This document shows positions 1 through 11,039 of a DNA stretch of 64,000 nt, one piece after another; within the stretch, counting starts at the first letter, position 1, and every line of letters begins with the position of its first letter. The stretch comes from Pristiophorus japonicus (taxonomy: Eukaryota). The stretch lies in contig NC_091997.1 in assembly GCF_044704955.1 (NCBI RefSeq), forward strand, positions 34,658,001-34,722,000. The letters are read 5' to 3'. The notes beneath the pieces were generated by a model. The model saw only the letters and a list, made by a program, of their open reading frames with translations, had not been told where the DNA came from and made no database searches. Position numbers and translations under genes: made by a program.

Positions 1-344
1 ATGTGGAATAAGTCTGGTTAGTCTCCATTTCCTGGGGGCCAGGAGTGCTGCTAATTCTGCAGCAATTTGACACTAAATTGGTGATCATATTCATATAGGA
101 ACAGGAGGAGGCCATTGAGCCCCTCAAGCCTTCAATGCGATCATGGCTGATCTGCGACCTAACTCCATATACCCGCCTTTGGCCCATATCAATTAATACC
201 TTTGGTTAACAAAAATCTATCATTCTCAGATTTAAAATTAACAATTGATACAGCATCAGTTGCTGTTTGGGGAAGAGCGTTCCAAGTTTCTACCACCCTT
301 TTTGTGTAGAAGTGTTTCCTGAAAGGTCTGGCTCTAATTTTTAG

Positions 345-885
345 ACTGTTTTAATGCTCTCCTAGCCAGCCTCCCATCTTCCATCCTCCGTAAACTTGAG
401 CTCATCCAAAACGCAGCTGCCCTTATCCTAACTCGCACCAAGTCCCGTTCACCCATCAACCCCTGTGCTCGCTGACCTACATTGGCTCCCGGTCCGGCAA
501 CGCCTCAATTTAAAAATTCTCATCCTTGTTTTCAAATCTCTCCATGGTCTCACCCCCTCCCTCTGTAATCTCCTCCAGCCCCACAACCCACCGAGATCTC
601 TGCGCTCCTCCAATTCTGACCTCTTGCGCATCCCTGATTTCCATCACTCCACTGTTAGCGGCCGTGCCTTCAGCTGCCTGGGCCCTAAGCTCTGGAATTC
701 CCTCCCTAAACCTCCCTGCCTCTCTCTCCTTTAAGACGCTCCTTAAAACCTATCACTTTAACCAAGCACGTGCCCTAATATCTATCTGCTTATGTGGCTT
801 GGTGTCTGATAACGCTCCTGTAAAGCACCCTGGGACATTGTCACCGTGTTAAAGCTGCTATATAAATGTAAGTTGCTGTTGTCGT
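345..885 (+). mobile_element. L2-clade LINE 3' fragment
   Basis: ORF 465-734 LADLHWLPVRQRLNLKIL...GRAFSCLGPKLWNSLP is the typical L2 ORF2 C-terminus; ends in ctatataaatgtaagttgctgttgt. Confidence 0.8.
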
Positions 886-1429
886 TTTCTCAAATGCAGC
901 AGCCAATGATTCCATTTACAGTTCGACAGGTGAATATAGAGATTGTGCTCCTAGAAAGAGAATGAGGAGAGAGAGGCAAGGAGCATTTCATTGGCTGGGC
1001 TTTTAAAGGTGGGGTTGCAAAATGAATGTAGAATTTTGATTTATTATTTCATGTTTGTGCAGTTCCCTCCCGTCCCCCAAAAAATGAGTTCCTGATTCCA
1101 ACCCCCAGATGTTTAGGTGAATAGGTCAATAACCAGAGGTCATAGATTTAAAATCATTGGCATAAGATCCAGAGTTGAGATGAAGAGAAATGTTTTCACT
1201 CAGAGAGTTGTGGAGATCTGGACCGCTCGGCCTGAACAGGTGTTGGACAGGTGCTGGAGGGTGAGGAACTTCCAGGGTTACAGACACACAGCGAGGGGGT
1301 GTGGGACTAAGCACGACTGCTTTTTCAAAGAGCCACCACATGCACGACGGGCCGATAGGCCTCTTTCTGTGCTGCAAGTTTCTTTGATGCTATGAAGGTG
1401 CCCAGCGCAGGGATGATGCTTTTCCAGAG

Positions 1430-1890
1430 AGAAAGAAAAAAGACTCGCATTTATATAGCGCCTTTCACGACATTCGGACATCTCAAAGTACTTTACAGCC
1501 AATGAAGTACTTTTGGAGTATAGTCGCTGCTGTAATGTGGGAAACGCAGCAGCCAATTTGCGCACAGCAAGCTCCCACAAGCAACAATGTGATAATGACC
1601 AGATAATCTGTTTTTTTGTTATGTTGATTGAAGGATAAATATTGGCCCCAGGACACCAGGGATAACTCTCCTGCTCTTCCTCAAAATAGTGCCATGGGAT
1701 CGTTTACGTCTACCCGAGCGAGCAGACGGCGCCTCGGTTTAACGTCTCATCCGAAAGTTGGCACCTCCGACAGTGCAGCACTCCCTCAGTACTGCACTGG
1801 ATGTCAGCCTAGATACTTGTGCTCAAGTCTCTGGAGCGGGACTTGAACCCACAACCTTCTGAGGCAAGGGTGCTACCACTGAGCCATGGC
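1430..1890 (-). mobile_element. tRNA-derived DeuSINE (SacSINE1-like)
   Basis: Reverse complement has tRNA-like head (gctcagtggtagca...ggttcaagtcc), Deu-like core (gatcccatggcactatt...cctggtgtcctggggccaatattt) and L2-type tail (ggcgctatataaatgcgagtc); recurs many times in the window. Confidence 0.75.
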
Positions 1891-2178
1891 TGACACAAAT
1901 GAACAATATTGAAGAAGAGCAGGAGTGCAGGGTGGGATGTAGGATGAAGAATATTGCAGAAGTGGGATTGAACGAGGCTTTGCAGCGATTTGAACATGAG
2001 TAGTTGAAATGCTGGGTGACCGAGCCAGTGGAAGTCAGTGATGAAGAGACGGTGAATGTACAGAATGGGTTACGGGGCAATAGGAATTCTGGAAGTCTGC
2101 ATTTTAATATTTTGGGATTCAATTCCCGTCTGATAAGAAAAAAAATCTTTTAAAATAGTACGCCCAGATATTGATACT

Positions 2179-2419
2179 TGTTAGATCTCTTAATTCCCAA
2201 TGAAATACGAACTCCGGTTGTAGTTTTAATGTAATTTTATTCTGGCAGCAGTAACAAGCTCTTGGCTTTAAGCCAGGCCTTTGTCCTTCTGAGACCACAT
2301 GGCCAAAATGGCTGTTTTTATACCTGGTTCAATTTACAGAAAAGAACTCGCCTTCTTTGACTTGGGACCTGTGAATTTTCACAGTCTGTCTGAATGCAGC
2401 CTGTTTGAATTCTCTATCA
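2179..2419 (-). repeat. ERV 3' LTR (241 bp; 120-bp U3 deletion)
   Basis: Aligns to 9374-9734 with 6 substitutions and one 120-bp gap; preceded in element orientation by the PPT. Confidence 0.95.
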
Positions 2420-2430
2420 ATCCCCCCTTT
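2420..2430 (-). other. Polypurine tract
   Basis: Minus strand AAAGGGGGGAT directly abuts the TG of the 3' LTR. Confidence 0.9.
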
Positions 2431-2694
2431 GATTCTTTCACAAACTGAATCATAAAACATCAGCTATCACTGGTTAAACATTCTACAAAATAATTTCATA
2501 CATGTTAATAGAGTTTCCTTCCAAAATTTGTTGATATGTTTCACCACATGTCCGGACTAGTAGCTTCCACACAAATTTGCACCAACCCGAGTTCCATCGT
2601 GGCCACAATGGAAGTCTGGTTTTAGTAGGTTAATTAACCTTATTCCAATTTAATCCAAATCAATATCTTAATTCAACCAGTAAACAACCTTCCC

Positions 2695-4046
2695 TTAAGC
2701 ATAACATACCCCTGTGCCACGTACAGACGGTCTGCTGGGACCTGCAAGGTGTCTCACATTCGGGACAGCAGCTACAGCCGCCTGGTTGCAACAACATTTA
2801 ATCAACATAAACAAACAATATAAAAGTAAAATAATTACAACGAATAGAATTAAACCTTCCACCAATGAAGTTCCTATTGAACCTAGCCATTCAGTGGCTC
2901 CACTCCACAAAGTGAATGATGGGGGTTGCTTAAGTTTTTCTACCTCCTTTTGGATATGCTCCGCTAAGTGGGTAATTTCTTCGGAGCTATCTGGGATATA
3001 TGTGCAACACTCAGTTCCGAGTAGGGCGCAAGTACCTCCCTTTTCAGCCAGGATGTAATCAAGGGCCAGTCTATTCTGTAGGGCTACTGTGCGGATTGCT
3101 ACCATTTCTGCATTGATTTTAACTAGGGCCTCTGAGATATCATTGGCTACTCGTTCCACAACGGATGCCATGTTAATGGATTCCCTTGCCAGTCTGGCGG
3201 TCCCATACTTGGGGATCAGAATGGCAAAGAACCTCTCTGTTTCTGTGATAGCTCTCTTAGGACGGAATAAATGTTCCGACAGTGACTTTATATGATACAT
3301 ATAAGGCACAATGTAGGCGAAATAGCAGGATCCCATCCAATTCTGGGGCAGCCAAGGGAGGCCTTGTGGCCACACACCCAATAGGTGCCATTATATGCAA
3401 TGAATGTTAACTGTTTCTTTGTCAGCAACACTCGGGACCTGTCCAGGCTTTTCCATCTGTTTTATTCAGAATCCCCGTTTCGTTAAAAATTCCCACATTG
3501 GCCCAGTTTGGACGGTTCCGTGGCTTGATTATATTATAATTCCGGGAGCAGTTACTATACCCCATATTTTGGCCTCCTTTGATGTTTCTAATCAGACAGA
3601 CCGATTCCCCCGGTCTTCCTATTCCCGTTGTATTAGTGATAACAAAAAATGGGGGCCGTTTGGAATTATTGTAGCATGGTTGGTATTCCCCCTTCAAAGG
3701 TAGTCAGATTGTAACCTGCTGACTTCCATTTACGTGCCCAGTTTTCCGTATCCTGAAACGCCTTGCCTGTTTTGTTTTGATTAATTATCCACTCAGCCAT
3801 TTCCGAGATATTCAAGGGAACTGGCCTCAAGGGAATCCCTCCCTTTGAGTGAATATGAATATGCGCACATACCCAACAACTAGAAATGTTACCTTGTTTG
3901 GCATAAATGTATGACATATATAAAAAGGTATTTACATGTAATTCCCTTGCTACCCTACTATTTCCCTTTGGTGCAGAGGGTTGGCTAGTAAGAAGTAGGC
4001 CTATGCCTAGAATACCTACAGTCAGTAATGCAGTAAATTTATACAT
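2695..4046 (-). pseudogene. env: ERV env, gamma-type, split by two frameshifts (4046-3666, 3697-3422, 3381-2695)
   Basis: Hydrophobic signal peptide, CWVC (CXXC), furin site RPKR, fusion peptide, immunosuppressive domain LQNRLALDYILAEKGGTC, CX6CC (CALLGTECC), TM anchor, Cys-rich tail. Confidence 0.93.
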
Positions 4047-4070
4047 TTTGGCAAAAAGTAATTGTCCTTA

Positions 4071-7000
4071 TTAGATTTCAGCTTCAGTTACGGATGCTCG
4101 TTTAACGTGTGAAGCGTGGATCCAGGCTTTCTTTCCTTGGACTTTAACAGCTGCCTGGGTGGTCAATAACACTTGATAAGGTCCCTCCCACTTGGCACCC
4201 AAAGGTTCTTTATGCAACTTTTTCACATACACCCAGACTCCCGGGATGATGTCGTGTCCTCCTTCGGGTGGATTACCCCAAGCTGCTGATACCTGTCGGG
4301 AAACAGAACCAATAGCATTGGTTAGGTTCTCACAGTATGATAACAAAGTGTCACTCATTAAGTGAACATTAGCTTTCCGTAAATCAATAGTTCCTGGCAG
4401 CGACATGGGTCTTCCTGTTATAATTTCAAATGGGCTTAGACCTGTAGCTTTGTTCGGGGTTGCCCTAATGCTACATAGCACTATTGGTAGTGCCTGGGGC
4501 CATGGTGTTCCTTCTTGGTGATATTTGGCAAGCTGTTGTTTCAGAGTTCGATTCATTCGCTCTACTTGTCCTGATGATTGTGGATGATAAGGACAATGTA
4601 AATCCCACGTAATGTTCAGTAACCTACAGACTTCTTGGCAGACAGCACCTGTGAAGTGTGTTCCCTGATCTGAGTCAATGCTACTCGGGACTCCCCATCG
4701 GGGAATGTAATCCTTACACAAGACCTTTGCAGTGTGATTGGCTGTGGCTCTTTTAGTTGGGACAGCTTCTACCAAGCTAGAGAATCTGTCGACCATGACA
4801 AGAATGTTAGTGTATCTTTGGCATGAAAGAAGAGATATATAATCAACCTGCAGATGCTGGAATGGTCCGACAGGGACAGGGGGCCTCAGTTGGGGCATTA
4901 CCGTGATGGGTCCAGAATTATTTTTCTGGCAGACCACACAGCGGTCTGTTACCAGCTGGGCATGTTTTTTTAAATCCCCGACCCCACCAGCTTTTCTGGA
5001 ACCGTGCCGTCATCTGTTGTGAGGCCAAGTGTCCCCATGAGTGGATCTGTTGGGCTAAAAAAGGCATAAGCACTTGTGGCGCGACTGGCTTGTCGGTAAC
5101 TCTTTGTCTCCAGACACCATCTTCGCATAGCTTAATTCCTGCCTCAATCCACGTCCATTTTTCCTCTCGGGAACACTCGCCTTGCATTGTTTGAAGGTCT
5201 CGTGTCAGAGTCCTGAGTGCTTTCAATCTGCACATCTGTGTTGGTTCTTCTGGAGGAACGCCCTGTGAGGCGGCATCTTTAGCTGCCTGGTCGGCTAGGG
5301 CATTTCCCTGTGCTTCCGTGGTATTTTCCTTGGTATGGGACTTACACTTCAGGATGGACACTTCCTGAGGTAATTGTATGGCCTCTAGTAAGTCTCGGAC
5401 TTCTTTTCCATTTTGGATAGGTGTACCAGCAGCAGTGAGGAATCCTCTTTTCCGCCATAACATACCAAAGCCGTGAACGACTCCAAAAGCATAACGCGAA
5501 TCTGTGTAGACATTAGCTGTCTGTCCTTCTGCTATTCGACATGCTTCTGACAGGGCCCGTAACTCGGCCTGTTGTGCTGACGTTCCTGAGGATAAACATC
5601 CTTTTGCCACTACCTCATATAAGGTTGTAACTGCCCATCCTGCTTTTCTGGTACCATTGTCAACAAAGGAGGAACCATCTGTAAACAGGATGAGGTCTGG
5701 GTTGTGCAGAGGTTCCTCTGCTGCTAAGGCTGCTTCTTCTGTTTCTTTTAAAATCTCCACGCAGTCATGCTCTTCACATTCTCCCCCCTCTTGCTCCCTC
5801 GATTCTGACATCGGAAGCATAGTTGCGGGATTAACCGGGCTGGCCCGGACAATATGGAGATTAGGAGCTTCCAAAACTGCTGTCCAGCGGGTCCATCTAC
5901 CTGCCGTCACCTGAGACATTCTATTCATAGACAGCAAAGCGTGTACAGTGTGGGGACACTTGACAATCAGCTTTTGGTCGAGGACTAGACTCGCAGTGAT
6001 CATTACCGCTCGACATGTAGCTTCCATGGCCCTTAGGCAACTTCCCCATCCGAGGGCTAGCGCATCCAGTTTTGCCGAATAATAGCCAATTGCCGATCCC
6101 CATGTTCTTGTGTCAGTATAGCTGTCATGTATCCTTCTTTCTCATGGACAAACGGTAAATGGCTTACCACTGTCGGGAATTCTCAGAGCCGGTGCCGAAC
6201 ACAAAGCCTTTTTCGAACTCAGGAAGGCCTCTTGCTGTTCCTTAGTGAGGGTGATGGCTTCTTTAGAGGCACGTTTCCCCTTTAAGATATCATTGAATGG
6301 CTGAACAAGCTGTGTGAAGGAGTCAATCCAATTTCTGTTAAAGTTACGCAATCCCAAAAAAGACCTTAGTTCCTGAATAGTTTTTTAGCAGCCTGAATGG
6401 CTGTAGTTCTATCCTGGGTAAGTTCTCTTCTTTCCTTGTGAAATCTTTTGTCCCAGGTATATAACCTCTTCTTGGGATATTTGTGCTTTGTCGATGCTGG
6501 CTTTATGTCCTTTCAGCCAAAGGTGGTCCAGCAAAGCTCGTAAATCTTGTTCATGTTGTTCTTTCGTGTTTGAAGCTAGCAGGATATCGTCTACATATTG
6601 GATGACTGTGGATGACAGGGGAGGTAATTCTCGCAAATGGCTTTGTAAAGCCATGTGGAATACCGTAGGGCTGTTGTGGAAACCCTGCGGTAACCGGGTC
6701 CAAGTATACTGTTGTCCTTGGACCGTGAAAGCAAACCACTGTCGAACCTCCGGTGCCAGAGGCACCGACCAAAATCCGTTGTCCATATCTATAACCGAGA
6801 AATATTTATGTTCAGGTTTGAGGGCATTAAAAATGGTGGAGGGATCTGTGACCAAAGGAGCTTTTTGATCAATACACTGGTTAGCTTTCCTATAATCAAC
6901 AGTCAAACGCCAAGTCTCATTAGATTTCTGTACCGGCCACACGGGGCTATTGGAGAAGCTATGCGTTTTAATAAGCACCCCTTGTTTCTCCAATTGCTGA

Positions 7001-7532
7001 ATAACCGGTAAGATTCCCGCGATGGCAGTTGGACTAATGGGATACTGTTTAGTGCATGGAGGCTTGGTCCCTGTAAATGACGCAGGCTCCATCTGGAGTA
7101 GGCCACAATCGTTCTTATCTTTAGCCCATATCGGGTGTTCCTTCAATTCTTCTTTCTTCAAAGTTCTAATTAACGATGTCACCCGACCATTCTCGAAATG
7201 CAATGATGAATCTACTTGGATTAGAACGTCCATTCCCAAAAGGGGTTGATCTACTGGGCCTATCCAGACCGGCGTGGTTAGTTCATGTGGACCTAGCCCT
7301 ATAAGTACCGGTGTTGTCCTTTTAATTTCCATTTTATGGCCCCAACTCCATAGGCTGTACGTGCCCTACCATCCAACGGCAAAAAGTCTCCATATTGTAG
7401 GGGTAAGCATGTTAATTCCGCCCCTCTGTCTAAAAGACAGTCCACATCCTTATCGCCCACCCTCACAGTTATATATAGCCCATCTCCCCTTTGTTGCATT
7501 AGTGCGAGGAGGGGGGCCAGGGTGGACTCTAA
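4071..7532 (-). pseudogene. pol: ERV pro-pol (protease, RT, tether, RNase H, integrase), frameshifted into fragments
   Basis: LLDRGAELT (aspartic protease DTG mutated to DRG); LPQGFHNSP and YVDD; FTDGSS, SAQQAEL, YTDSRYA; integrase HLQVDYI, SDQGTHF, SSGQVERMN; WEGPY. Confidence 0.95.
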
Positions 7533-9120
7533 TCGTTTTTTGCTATCCCAAGTAACTCCTTCTGTTGTTGTATTGTCAGTCGCTTAAATGCTTTTATGAG
7601 GTCGGTATCTTGTGACAAGCCTGGTTTGTTGGCTGAATTGTATCCCTGGCTTCCCCGGCCGCGACCTTGCTGTTTTGCCCTGCACGTCTTGGCCCAGTGA
7701 CCTTCTTTCCCACAATAATGACATTTTCCAGGTAATTTTCCCAATAACTGTTTATCGGAATCCTGGGATTTCCATCCCATAGCCTATACAGCTCGGACTT
7801 TAGCTCCCATATCCCTGTCTAATTGGTTACATCGATCCACCAATGCTGCAAAGGTAGTTCCTCTACCTTCCCAGTCCGGCAACCCTACCTTAAGCATTTT
7901 GGACAGTTCTGGCTTTAGACCTGCCACGAAAGCTGCTTTCAGGGGTCCAAACACTTGTTCATCCATTTCCTCATCCATATTATTCATACCTGAATGTTCT
8001 AGCCACGTGCATCTAAACCGCTCGTCATACTCCAGGACCTCCTCTGTTCCTTTCTGTTGGCAGGCTGCAATTTTTCCCCAGTCTGTCTTAGCTGGACTGA
8101 AGGCTTGCAGCCAATGTTTAATCGCCTCCCATCCTGCATCTAATTCTTGCTCATCCTGCCCCAAAGCTTCTTCTACCTTGTCGTGCAATTTTTTTCCTTG
8201 TGTTTTTGGCACCATTATGGTCAAAATTTGCACTCCGTCCCAGGGATGAAGTTGATATATATTTCTTAAGCGGTCCAATTGGTCCCACGTTTTTACTCCC
8301 CCTTTCTTTGGATTGGGCAATTCCTTGGACCATTTATCAATTTTCTCTGGGTCTGCCGGATCATGAACTAAGAATGCTGCATACACCCTTTTCCTCGTTT
8401 TTTTGGTTCCACCCTCATCCGCAGTCTCTTCTGATTTGACTACAACTCGTCTTTTATTAAATGAGGCAAAGCGCACCCCTAATTCTTCATCATCCTCCGA
8501 CCCTGTATCGTCGGAGGATTCAGAATCCATATCTATTCCTTGGTCGTGTCCTCGGGTTTGCGCTTTTAATTTATCCAAACATGGGTACCCTGGGAATTGA
8601 CCGATACATTTTCCTTTTCCTATTACTGTCTTTTGACCTAATGATTTTTTTTCCATTCTTTAATTTCACCTTTAAGATCTTTAACTTCCGCTTCCGATTT
8701 TTCAAGTTCAAGTTTTTTCTGTCGCAGCTGTGCACAAACAGCTTGCAATTGGTCCTTTGTACTGGTCAGTTCTCGATCATGTTGGGAACGCATTATAATT
8801 TCATTCCACTTTCGGATCTGTCCCATAACCGCTAGGGACCATCTAGTTCGCTCTTTATTTTTCATACGGGTCGTTTTTCCCCAGACCCTTTTAATCTCGT
8901 CCAAGGACCATTGTCCTTTGGAGGTACCGTATTTTTGTTCGATCTCAATACAGGTTTTAGATAAGTTGAATTGTTGCTCTATGTATTCTTTCAAATGTTG
9001 GAGGATTTCATCTATCAAAACCTCAGGTGGTGCCTGCCCACCTTTTACAGTTGTAGGCAATTCTTTGCTCTTATCTCCTGCTGCCATAATACTGATTTCT
9101 TTACTGGGGTCTCGAGTCAT
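7529..9120 (-). pseudogene. gag: ERV gag (one frameshift near 8645, one in-frame TAG at 7784-7786)
   Basis: ORFs 9120-8638, 8656-7784 and 7780-7529; MHR-like CQQKGTEEVLEYDERF; single CCHC knuckle CHYCGKEGHWAKTC. Confidence 0.9.
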
Positions 9121-9351
9121 AGGCTTTCCAGCCGATAAGTGGGTCGGTGATTAATTAACTAACACACCGCCGAAGTTAGGCGTCTATGGGATCTCGAGCC
9201 GACTACCAACCGGAGGGTTCGCAAACCGGAGCTTTCGGAATCACGTAGAAGGAGAGGCGAATTTAGACTTTTGACCGAGGACTTTTATAAAGAGGAGTCC
9301 TTACCTCAGTATGTAGGTCCGATGTCCAAAATTCAGTTTCTTCCCTCAGTG

Positions 9352-9369
9352 ATCCTGTTCGTGACGCCA
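9352..9369 (-). other. Primer-binding site, tRNA-Ser(CGA)
   Basis: + strand atcctgttcgtgacgcca equals the 3' 18 nt of a vertebrate tRNA-Ser(CGA) as I recall it (...ATCCTGTTCGTGACG-CCA); lies 4 nt inside the 5' LTR end. Confidence 0.85.
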
Positions 9370-9373
9370 ACAT

Positions 9374-9734
9374 TGTTAGATCTCTTAATTCCCAATGAAT
9401 TACGAACTCCGGTTGTAGTTTTAATGTAATTTTATTCTGGCAGCAGCAACAAGCTCTTGGCTTTAAGCCAGGCCTTTGTCCTTCTGAGACCACATGGCCA
9501 AAATGGCTGTTTTTATACCTGGTTCAATTTACAGAAAAGAACTCGCCTTCTTTGACCTTATTGGCTCAATTGATAGTCTGTTAACCTTTTAATTGGCTCG
9601 CTACCCAAAGGTCCTAAAATGTCAAGTTGATTGATGAATTAATGCAACATGCTGAGTTGCACGTAGCAGCTTTGACTTGGGGTCTGTGAATTTTCACAGT
9701 CTGACTGAATGCAGCCTGTTTGAATTCTCTAACA
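9374..9734 (-). promoter_or_regulatory. ERV 5' LTR (361 bp) with CCAAT x2, TATA and polyA signal
   Basis: Minus-strand CCAAT at about 9560 and 9592, TATAAAAA at about 9510-9517, AATAAA at 9431-9436. Confidence 0.93.
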
Positions 9735-10064
9735 ATGCTTTACTTTAGGAACAATGTCAAGGCCGTGGAGCGGGTGAAGACGAGATTGGTTAAGATAATA
9801 CCAGGGATAAGAGGCTTTCGTTATTTGGAGAGACAAGAGAAGCTGCGATTTTCCATTAGAATACAGAAAGTCGAAGAGACCTGATAGAAGTATTCAAAAT
9901 TATAAGACTTTTTGAAAAATTAAATCCGGAAAGCTAATTTCTACTGGTTACCGAGTCAGTAACACGAGGGCATAATTTAACATCATACCTAAAAGGCGGA
10001 CTTCTTTATCCAAAGGGTTGTGAGGACATGGAATGGCCGACCAGAAATAGTGGTGAAAGCAATA

Positions 10065-10402
10065 CATGGTGAACCTCCCTTATCCGGAACCCTCGGGACC
10101 TGGCCTGTTCTGGATAAGGGATTTTTCCGGATGAGGGGTGGTTACATTAAATTGGATGGGACAGATACTGAGCAAGGGGCTATTGGGGCTGGCTGGCTTG
10201 GGACTGGGACTGGGACTGCGGCAGAGATCATGGGGGGCGTGGAACGCAGGGTCAGGCCAGCGATTGCAGGAGTCGGCAGCGAGGAAGGACTTCAATTTGT
10301 TCATGTGGGAGTTCTGCGCATGCACCACCCAGTGGCCGTGAATGGTTCTGAACGAGGGGTGGTTCCGGATAAGGGAGTTCTGGATAAGGGAGGTTCAACC
10401 TG
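10065..10402. mobile_element. pogo/Tigger-like MITE (338 bp, TA TSD)
   Basis: TIRs catggtgaacctcccttatccggaac / gttctggataagggaggttcaacctg; TA on both sides (10063-64, 10403-04); interrupts a CR1 3' fragment. Confidence 0.85.
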
Positions 10403-10599
10403 TATTGGCTTTTAAAAGGGAAATGGATAATTATTTGAAATAGAAAAATGTAGTCATGATAGGAGAGGGATGGGCAACAGAATCGGGCTAAATGTGCAGC
10501 TCTTTCAGAGAGCCAGCATAGGCGCAACGGGCTGAATGACCTCCTCCTGTGCTGCAAACAGTGATTCGTTAATTAATAATGCTGTTTTATTCTTGACAG

Positions 10600-10801
10600 G
10601 ACAGCAACAGTTAAGTGTGCAGACGGGGGTTATGTCCCCAGTTTCCGCCAACAATATCACCATCACCGCACTGAGTCCGAGCCAAATCAGCCAGCTCCAG
10701 ATGGAGCCAGCCTTGCCGGCTGACGAGATGGCGGGGCAACACAACAAGAAGATGAAACGGATGGCCTGCACGTGTCCAAACTGCAAGGACGGCGAGAAAA
10801 G
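10600..10801 (+). CDS. SP2: Sp2 internal exon (Buttonhead box)
   Basis: GQQQLSVQ...NNITITALSPSQISQLQME...KRMACTCPNCKDGEK; acceptor ttcttgacag, donor AG/gtactg; phase-2 end joins the next exon. Confidence 0.93.
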
Positions 10802-11039
10802 GTACTGCCGGCTTTTCATTCCCGTCTCTTGTTCTCTCATTGGGTTCCTCTGTTCTCCCATTCATTCTCGGGACCCGGGCAATGCTGGCATGGCCGGCAT
10901 TTGTTGCCTCATCTCCCTACTTGCCATTTGGAAAAGGTGGTGAGCCGCCATCTTGAACCGCTGCAGTCCCGTGTGGTGAAGGTGCTCCCACAGTGCTGTT
11001 ACGACGGGAGTTCCCAGGTTTTGACCTGGCGACAAATTT

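Larger units (their letters stand above)
2179..9734 (-). mobile_element. Full-length degenerate endogenous retrovirus (LTR-gag-pro-pol-env-LTR)
   Basis: Paired LTRs 2179-2419 and 9374-9734; termini TGTTAGA/TCTAACA; flanks ATACT (2174-2178) and ATGCT (9735-9739) as a 5-bp TSD with one mismatch; PBS, PPT and gag/pro/RT/RNaseH/IN/env motifs in order. Confidence 0.97.

Noticed and set aside
1830-1890. tRNA gene-like A and B boxes (also in other SINE heads)
   Set aside because: These are SINE heads continuous with the SINE body; no complete cloverleaf
2695-4046. Lokiretrovirus or Gypsy identity, or a domesticated syncytin-like env
   Set aside because: Env has gamma-type CXXC/ISD/CX6CC motifs and pol has tether plus RNase H; SU is frameshifted within an otherwise equally decayed provirus
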